Part shown: one piece after another, positions 48,671-54,053 of the stretch
Position numbering within the stretch: the stretch's first letter is position 1
Layout of the letters: every line of letters begins with the position of its first letter
Assembly (NCBI GenBank): GCA_964517215.1
Contig: CAZFBR010000003.1
Location: 1-54,053, forward strand
DNA from: an uncultured bacterium
GTDB taxonomy: Bacteria > DAOPZR01
Reading direction: 5' to 3'
DNA length: 54,053 nucleotides
Program-made: the position numbers and the translations under genes
The notes under the pieces: model-generated
The model's database searches: none
What the model saw: only the letters and a program-made list of their open reading frames with translations
What the model was told of the DNA's origin: nothing

Positions 48671-50608
48671 GTGAATCTGCTGCTCGCTGCCCTGGCGGTG
48701 CTGACTGCCGGCGGGGTGCTCGCGGCGCTGTGCGGGCGGCGCAGCTCGTGGGCGGCCGCACTGGGCGCGGGCGGCGCCATGCTGGGCGGAGTGACGGGCG
48801 CGGCGGGGGCGCTGGCGGGGCTGGGGCGGACGATGCCGGAAATCATAGACGGCGGCGCCCAGCTGCTCTGGGGCCATGCGGTGCTGTATCTTGACCCGCT
48901 GGCGGCGCTGTTTGCGCTCCCCGTCTGCGGTTTGGGCGCCCTGACGGCCCTGTATGGCGTCGGCTATCTGCGCCATCATCACGCACACTATCACGGTGCC
49001 GTGTGGCTGTGGTTCAATCTGCTGATTGCGGCGATGCTGACCGTGTTCCTGGCGCGCGACAGTTTCCTGTTTCTCACCGCCTGGGAAGTGATGACGGTCA
49101 CCTCGTTCCTGCTGGTGATGAGCGGCGGGGAACGCGGGGCATGGCGCGCGGGCTGGACCTACCTGATCGCCACCCATATCGGCACCGCATTTCTGATCGC
49201 CATGTTTTTGCTGCTGGGCGACGGGCAGACCGGATTCTCGTCGTTTGCCGCGGGCGACCGGGCGGGGCTGCTCTTTGTTTTTGCGCTGGTCGGGTTCGGG
49301 ACCAAGGCGGGGCTGCTGCCCGTGCACGTCTGGCTGCCCGAGGCGCACCCCGCCGCGCCCAGCCATGTCTCCGCGCTGATGTCGGGGGTCATGATCAAAA
49401 CCGGCATCTACGGCCTGCTGCGCCTGCTGACCTTCCTCGGCACGCCGGCGGGCTGGTGGGGCTGGCTGCTGATCGGGCTCGGCCTGGCGACGGGCCTGTA
49501 CGGCATCGTCCAGGCGCTGGCGCAGCATGACCTGAAACGCCTGCTGGCCTATTCCAGCGTTGAGAATGTCGGCATCATCACCCTGGCGCTCGGGCTTGGT
49601 GTGCTCGGCTGGAGCACGGGGAATACGGCGGTAATGGCGCTCGGCCTGGCCGGGGCGCTGCTGCATACGCTCAACCACGCGCTGTTCAAGGGGCTCCTAT
49701 TCCTGGGTGCGGGCGTGATTGCGCAGGCAACGGGGACGCGCGACCTTGACCGCATGGGCGGCCTGCTCAAGCGGATGCCGTGGACGGGGACCTGTGTGCT
49801 GATCGGGGCGGCAGCGATCGCCGGCCTGCCGCCGTTCAACGGGTTTGCCGGGGAATTCCTCATCTACTTCGCGGCGCTGCTGCGCGGCGGCACCACAGGC
49901 GCGGTGGCCATTGCCGGGTTGGCGCTGATCGGCGGACTGGCGGCGGCGGCGTTCGCGCAGCTGTTCGGCATCGTTTTTCTCGGCGAAGCGCGCAGCAGTG
50001 AAGCGCGCGACGCGCTGGATGCCGGGTTCGCGTTGCGGCTGCCGCTGGCGGTGCTGGCCGCGGGCTGTGTGCTGGTCGGACTGGCGGGACCGCTGACGCT
50101 CTGGCTGATGGTGCCGGTCATTACGACGGTGACAGGCACGGCGCCGCACCTGCTCTTCCCGGTGCTGGCGGCGCCGTCGTCGTCACTGACCATGATTGTG
50201 CTGGCGATTGCCGGGCTCATGCTGCTTGCCGGGGCGCTCGCCTGGTGCGTGCGCCGCCTGCTGGCGCGGCGCGCGGTGCGGGTTGGGCTGACCTGGGATT
50301 GCGGGTATGCGCGCCCGGATGCGCGGATGCAATATACGGCGTCGTCGTTTGCCCAGCCGCTGACTGCGCTGTTCGCCGGTCTGGTGCGGTTGCGCCGGCG
50401 GGGGAACGATCCCGCGGGGTTGTTCCCGGCCACGGCATCATTGGCCACGGAACCGCATGACCCCTGCCGCGACGGGCTGTTTGTCCCGCTATTCGGGTGG
50501 GTGGCGCGCGGCATGGCCTGGCTGTTCTGGGTGCAGCAGGGCCGGGTGCAGTATTACATTCTCTATATTGTCGTCACGCTGGGGGTGCTGCTGCTGTGGA
50601 AACTATAG
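48671..50608 (+). CDS. hyfB: Hydrogenase-4/formate hydrogenlyase membrane subunit, NuoL/M/N antiporter-like (HyfB/HycC-like)
   Basis: 645-aa polytopic protein. The conserved PVHVWLPEAHPAAPSHVSALMSGVMIKTGIYG is typical of the NuoL/HyfB family. It sits in the context of hyfC/E/F/G homologs. Confidence 0.75.
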   Translation: MNLLLAALAVLTAGGVLAALCGRRSSWAAALGAGGAMLGGVTGAAGALAGLGRTMPEIIDGGAQLLWGHAVLYLDPLAALFALPVCGLGALTALYGVGYLRHHHAHYHGAVWLWFNLLIAAMLTVFLARDSFLFLTAWEVMTVTSFLLVMSGGERGAWRAGWTYLIATHIGTAFLIAMFLLLGDGQTGFSSFAAGDRAGLLFVFALVGFGTKAGLLPVHVWLPEAHPAAPSHVSALMSGVMIKTGIYGLLRLLTFLGTPAGWWGWLLIGLGLATGLYGIVQALAQHDLKRLLAYSSVENVGIITLALGLGVLGWSTGNTAVMALGLAGALLHTLNHALFKGLLFLGAGVIAQATGTRDLDRMGGLLKRMPWTGTCVLIGAAAIAGLPPFNGFAGEFLIYFAALLRGGTTGAVAIAGLALIGGLAAAAFAQLFGIVFLGEARSSEARDALDAGFALRLPLAVLAAGCVLVGLAGPLTLWLMVPVITTVTGTAPHLLFPVLAAPSSSLTMIVLAIAGLMLLAGALAWCVRRLLARRAVRVGLTWDCGYARPDARMQYTASSFAQPLTALFAGLVRLRRRGNDPAGLFPATASLATEPHDPCRDGLFVPLFGWVARGMAWLFWVQQGRVQYYILYIVVTLGVLLLWKL

Positions 50609-50660
50609 TTGCCCGCCTGGTGGTCGCGCTGCTGCCGCTGCTTGCGGCTGGGAGGCTGCA

Positions 50661-51587
50661 GTGAACGGGCCGGAACTGCTCGCCCGGTTCACCGCCGCGC
50701 TGCTGCCGCTGGTGTGCGCGCCCGCGCTGCTGGGGATCATCAACCGCACCAAGGCGGTGTTCGCCGGCCGGGTTGGTGCGCCCCTGCTGCAGCCGTACTA
50801 TGACATTTTCAAGCTGCTGCGCAAGGGCGCGGTCTATAGCGGAACCACGACGTGGGTCCTGCGGGCCGGTCCGGTGATCGGGGTGGCGACCACCCTGGTG
50901 GCGCTGGCCTGCCTGCCGCTCGCGGGCCTGCCCGCGCCGCTGTCATTTGCCGGTGACTTCATTCTGGTGGCGTACCTGCTCGGGCTCGGGCGTTTCATGA
51001 CGATCAACGCGGCGCTGGATACGGGCTCGGCCTTCTGCGGGATGGGCGCGTCGCGCGAGGCACAGTTCGGGGCGCTGGCGGAGCCGGCGCTGCTACTGGC
51101 ACTGGCCGGACTCGCCTGGCTGACCGGACAATGGTCGCTGTCGGGGATTTATGCGGCGCTGTCGTATGAGACTTGGTCGGTGGCGGCGCCCGCGCTCGGG
51201 CTGATCACGGTGACGCTGCTGGCAGTGCTGCTGACGGAGAACAGCCGCATCCCCGTCGACGATCCGAATACGCATCTCGAGCTGACCATGATCCACGAGG
51301 TGATGGTGCTCGACCATAGCGGCCCCGATTTCGCGCTGGTGGAATATGGGGCGGCGCTCAAGCTGTGGCTTACCGGGGTGCTGCTCACCGGCGTGGCGGT
51401 GCCGGCGCTGACCGGCAATCCGTGGGTGAATATGCTGCTGGCCCTGGCGGCGCTCTTTGCGCTGGCGGTGGCGATCGGGTGTATCGAATCGATGATGGCG
51501 CGGCTGCGCCTGCACAAAGTGCCGCAGTTCATTGCCGGGGCAGGTGCGCTCGCGGCCATGGCGCTGCTGCTGGCGCTGGAGCACTGA
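50661..51587 (+). CDS. hyfC: Hydrogenase-4/FHL membrane subunit, NuoH-like (HyfC/HycD-like)
   Basis: GTG 50661 is preceded by GGGAGG. The N-terminus INRTKAVFAGRVGAPLLQPYYDIFKLLRKG is characteristic. The ORF-track extension to 50457 overlaps hyfB. Confidence 0.75.
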   Translation: MNGPELLARFTAALLPLVCAPALLGIINRTKAVFAGRVGAPLLQPYYDIFKLLRKGAVYSGTTTWVLRAGPVIGVATTLVALACLPLAGLPAPLSFAGDFILVAYLLGLGRFMTINAALDTGSAFCGMGASREAQFGALAEPALLLALAGLAWLTGQWSLSGIYAALSYETWSVAAPALGLITVTLLAVLLTENSRIPVDDPNTHLELTMIHEVMVLDHSGPDFALVEYGAALKLWLTGVLLTGVAVPALTGNPWVNMLLALAALFALAVAIGCIESMMARLRLHKVPQFIAGAGALAAMALLLALEH

Positions 51588-51588
51588 G

Positions 51589-52263
51589 ATGCTGCGCGGC
51601 TGGATTGAATTCGACGCCCTGCTGGTGGTGCTGACGGCGCTGGCCATTCTCGGGTCGGGTCGGTTGAAATTCGTCAACCACCTTGTCGCCGTGCAGGGCG
51701 TGATTGTGAGCATTCTGCCGCTGCTGGTCGAAGGGGTGGATATGCCGCTGCGCGCGGCGTTCCTGACCGCACTGACCATCGGCCTCAAGGGGTGGACCTT
51801 CCCGCATTTTCTCGATCGCGCCATCACCACCAGCGGCCTGCGGCGCGAACCGCAGCCGGTGGTCGGCTACACGGCCGGGATGCTGATCGGACTGGCCCTG
51901 CTCGGACTGGCGGCACATCTCGGCGGGCGGCTGGCATTGCCCATGGCTGCGCCCGCGCCGGCGGCGGTGCCGGCGGCATTGTTCACCATGTTCGCCGGGC
52001 TGTTCCTGATTGTCAGCCGGCGCACGGCGATCATGCAGGTGCTGGGGTATCTGGTGGTGGAGAACGGCATCTTCGTTTTCGGCACGGCTGTGGCGCCGGG
52101 CGAGTCGTTCCTCGTCGAACTGGGGATGCTGCTCGATATCTTTGTGGCGGTATTCATCATGGGCTTGACCATTCTGCACCTGTCGCGCACCCTGGATACG
52201 GTCGAAACCGACCGCCTGCAGCGCCTGCGTGAGCGCGGGCGCGCGCTGGGAGACGGGCGATGA
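51589..52263 (+). CDS. hyfE: Hydrogenase-4 membrane subunit E-like (NuoK-related)
   Basis: The ATG at 51589 lies 1 nt after the hyfC stop. Small polytopic protein with VVENGIFVFG, in operon context. Confidence 0.65.
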   Translation: MLRGWIEFDALLVVLTALAILGSGRLKFVNHLVAVQGVIVSILPLLVEGVDMPLRAAFLTALTIGLKGWTFPHFLDRAITTSGLRREPQPVVGYTAGMLIGLALLGLAAHLGGRLALPMAAPAPAAVPAALFTMFAGLFLIVSRRTAIMQVLGYLVVENGIFVFGTAVAPGESFLVELGMLLDIFVAVFIMGLTILHLSRTLDTVETDRLQRLRERGRALGDGR

Positions 52264-53666
52264 CACTGGCGCTGGTCCTGCTCCCCGCCCTGGCGGGCGT
52301 GGCGGCGTTCTTCATCAAGCGCGGCGGGGCGGGACGGATGCTGCTGGTGGTCACGGCACTGGCGCAGACGCTGCTGACGCTGGCGGCCTGGCTGCGCCCG
52401 GAGCTGCGCGCGGCCACGGCGGGGCTGGCGCTGGATGCGCTCGGGCTGCTGGTGCTGACGGTGACCAGCATCCTGTTCCTGGCGGCTGCGGCAACAACGG
52501 TGGCGTGGCTGCGACGCGAACCGACGGACCACGAACCGATGATCACCGGCTGCCTGCTGCTGTTTCTCGCGGCGATGACTCTGGTGACGGTGAGCCGGCA
52601 TTTCGGTTTGCTGTGGGTTGCAGTCGAAGGAACGACCCTCGCCAGCGCCCCGCTCATCTACTTCCATCGCACCGCCCGCTCGCTCGAGGCGACCTGGAAA
52701 TACCTGCTGATCTGCTCAGTGGGCATCGCGCTCGCCATGCTCGGCAACCTGTTCCTGGCGGTGAGCGCCGGCGGGCACGGGGTGGTGCTGTCGATTGAGG
52801 GCCTCACGGCGGCGGCGGGCCAGCTGGACCCGGTCTGGCTGCGCGCGGCGTTCCTGCTGATCATCGTCGGGTACGGCACCAAGATGGGGCTGGCGCCGCT
52901 GCATACCTGGCTACCCGACGCGCACAGCGAGGCGCCGCCCACCGTGTCGGCGCTGCTGTCGGGTGCGCTGCTGAACTGCGCGCTGCTGGGCATTCTCCGC
53001 GCGCTGCAGGTGTGCACGGCGGCCGGCCAGGGCGCGTTTGCGGCGGAATTACTGACGATGTTCGGGCTGCTGTCGATGGGGCTGGCGGCGGTGTTTATGA
53101 TCCGCCAGCCGGAGTACAAGCGGCTGCTGGCCTACTCCAGCGTCGAGCATATGGGGATCATTGCGGTCGGCATCGGGGTGGGGAGCGCCGGGGCGCTGCT
53201 GCATATCGCCGCGCATTCGTTCACCAAGGGGATGCTGTTCCTGCTGGCGGGGAATATCCTGCTGGCGACGAAATCGCGTGAGGTCAACGAGGCGCAGGGC
53301 ATCCTGCGCCGGCTGCCGCTGACGGGCGCGCTGTGGCTGGCGGGTTTTCTCGCACTGACTGGTACGCCGCCGTTCGGCACCTTCGTCAGCGAATTTGCCA
53401 TCGCCCAGGCGGCCTTCGGCCAGGGGCGGGTGCTGGTGGGCGGGCTGTACCTCGCCCTGCTGGCCCTGGCGTTCATTGCGCTGGCGGACATCTTCCTGCG
53501 CATGGCGTACGGCAAGGATGAAGGCGAGGCACAACCGGAACCGCGTTTGGCAGTGGTGCCTGCGCTGGGATTGGGCCTGCTGGTGCTGCTGCTGGGGATC
53601 TGGCTGCCGCCGGGGCTGGCGGCGCTGTTTGCCGCTGCGGCCCGCGATCTGGGAGGGTTGCTCTGA
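52260..53666 (+). CDS. hyfF: Hydrogenase-4 subunit F-like, NuoN/M antiporter-like
   Basis: ATGA overlap with hyfE. The conserved LAPLHTWLPDAHSEAPPTVSALLSGALLN is present. Confidence 0.75.
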   Translation: MTLALVLLPALAGVAAFFIKRGGAGRMLLVVTALAQTLLTLAAWLRPELRAATAGLALDALGLLVLTVTSILFLAAAATTVAWLRREPTDHEPMITGCLLLFLAAMTLVTVSRHFGLLWVAVEGTTLASAPLIYFHRTARSLEATWKYLLICSVGIALAMLGNLFLAVSAGGHGVVLSIEGLTAAAGQLDPVWLRAAFLLIIVGYGTKMGLAPLHTWLPDAHSEAPPTVSALLSGALLNCALLGILRALQVCTAAGQGAFAAELLTMFGLLSMGLAAVFMIRQPEYKRLLAYSSVEHMGIIAVGIGVGSAGALLHIAAHSFTKGMLFLLAGNILLATKSREVNEAQGILRRLPLTGALWLAGFLALTGTPPFGTFVSEFAIAQAAFGQGRVLVGGLYLALLALAFIALADIFLRMAYGKDEGEAQPEPRLAVVPALGLGLLVLLLGIWLPPGLAALFAAAARDLGGLL

Positions 53667-54053
53667 TGCTGCGCCTCGCGAATGGCGCGGCGGTGCCGCG
53701 CGCGGAACTGCCCCAACTGGCGATCTGGGAACTGCGGCACGAACTGCAGGTGGCGCTGGCGGCCGGAGCGCGGCTGGCGGCGCTGTTCGGTGAAGCGCAG
53801 GCGGATGGCGCGGTGCGGCTGTATGCGGTGGCGGCTGACCCCGCCACGGAAGGTTTGCTGGTGGCGTCGTCCGTGGTGCAGGGAAAGTACCCCGCGCTGA
53901 CCACGGGCCTGCCGCAGGCCCATCTGTTCGAGCGCGCCCTGGCGGAGGAGTTCGGTCTCAAACCCGAGGGCCATCCCTGGCTCAAGCCGGTCTGTTTCCC
54001 GGGCGGCGAGGTCGGCGTGATGCCGTATTATCGCGTCGCGGACGATGAGGTGC
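53666..54053 (+). CDS. hyfG: N-terminus of the [NiFe]-hydrogenase large subunit with a NuoC-like domain (HyfG/HycE-like), 3-prime truncated by the window end
   Basis: The ATG at 53666 shares one nt with the hyfF TGA. The frame stays open to the window end, so it is absent from the ORF track. It reads ...AHLFERALAEEFGLKPEGHPWLKP...YYRVADDEV. Confidence 0.6.
   Translation, partial: MLRLANGAAVPRAELPQLAIWELRHELQVALAAGARLAALFGEAQADGAVRLYAVAADPATEGLLVASSVVQGKYPALTTGLPQAHLFERALAEEFGLKPEGHPWLKPVCFPGGEVGVMPYYRVADDEV

Noticed and set aside
47605-49678. Minus-strand ORFs 47605-48585 and 48554-49678, opposite the zinc-ribbon gene and hyfB
   Set aside because: Arg/Pro/Ala-rich shadow ORFs in high-GC DNA with no motifs.

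Overview
The window comes from a high-GC genome (sampled 60-nt stretches are 62-67% GC) and splits into two parts.

(1) nt 1-21612 is the right-hand part of an integrated genomic island, and its left end lies outside the window. It ends with a tyrosine integrase gene, a 3-prime fragment of a tRNA-Asn(GUU)-like gene (putative attR) and the tRNA terminator.

The island carries one long co-directional + strand gene train with overlapping or abutting stop/start codons:
- a 5-prime-truncated giant helicase fused to a DUF1998-type zinc domain and a Vsr/DUF559-like nuclease fold;
- a low-GC PD-(D/E)xK-like gene;
- an SNF2 helicase;
- a 1379-aa N6-adenine DNA methyltransferase. Together with the helicases this parts list looks like DISARM class 1;
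- an orphan 400-aa membrane protein;
- an OLD-family ATPase/Toprim nuclease and a frameshifted or split UvrD-like helicase (a Gabija-like pair).

Next come a convergent XRE regulator, a very AT-rich intergenic region with near-consensus divergent promoters, three orphan genes (one with a GNAT C-terminus, one with an HTH), and the integrase.

(2) nt 21613-54053 is host-like high-GC DNA. It contains:
- a bidirectional RiPP neighbourhood: an NHLP-leader precursor plus GT1 glycosyltransferase, a PTP/HD fusion, a CCG-type class II lanthipeptide synthetase LanM, a convergent Nif11-leader precursor, and a small Cys-rich ORF;
- several secreted, lipoprotein and repeat proteins;
- housekeeping genes: a TPP-dependent 2-keto-acid decarboxylase, pncB, nrdDG, an ABC-F ATPase, a methyltransferase, and a hydrogenase-4/formate-hydrogenlyase-like hyfBCEFG cluster that runs off the right edge.

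Many long antisense or alternative-frame ORFs in the track are high-GC shadow ORFs and were rejected.

All functional calls rest on motif recognition by eye. No database search was run.
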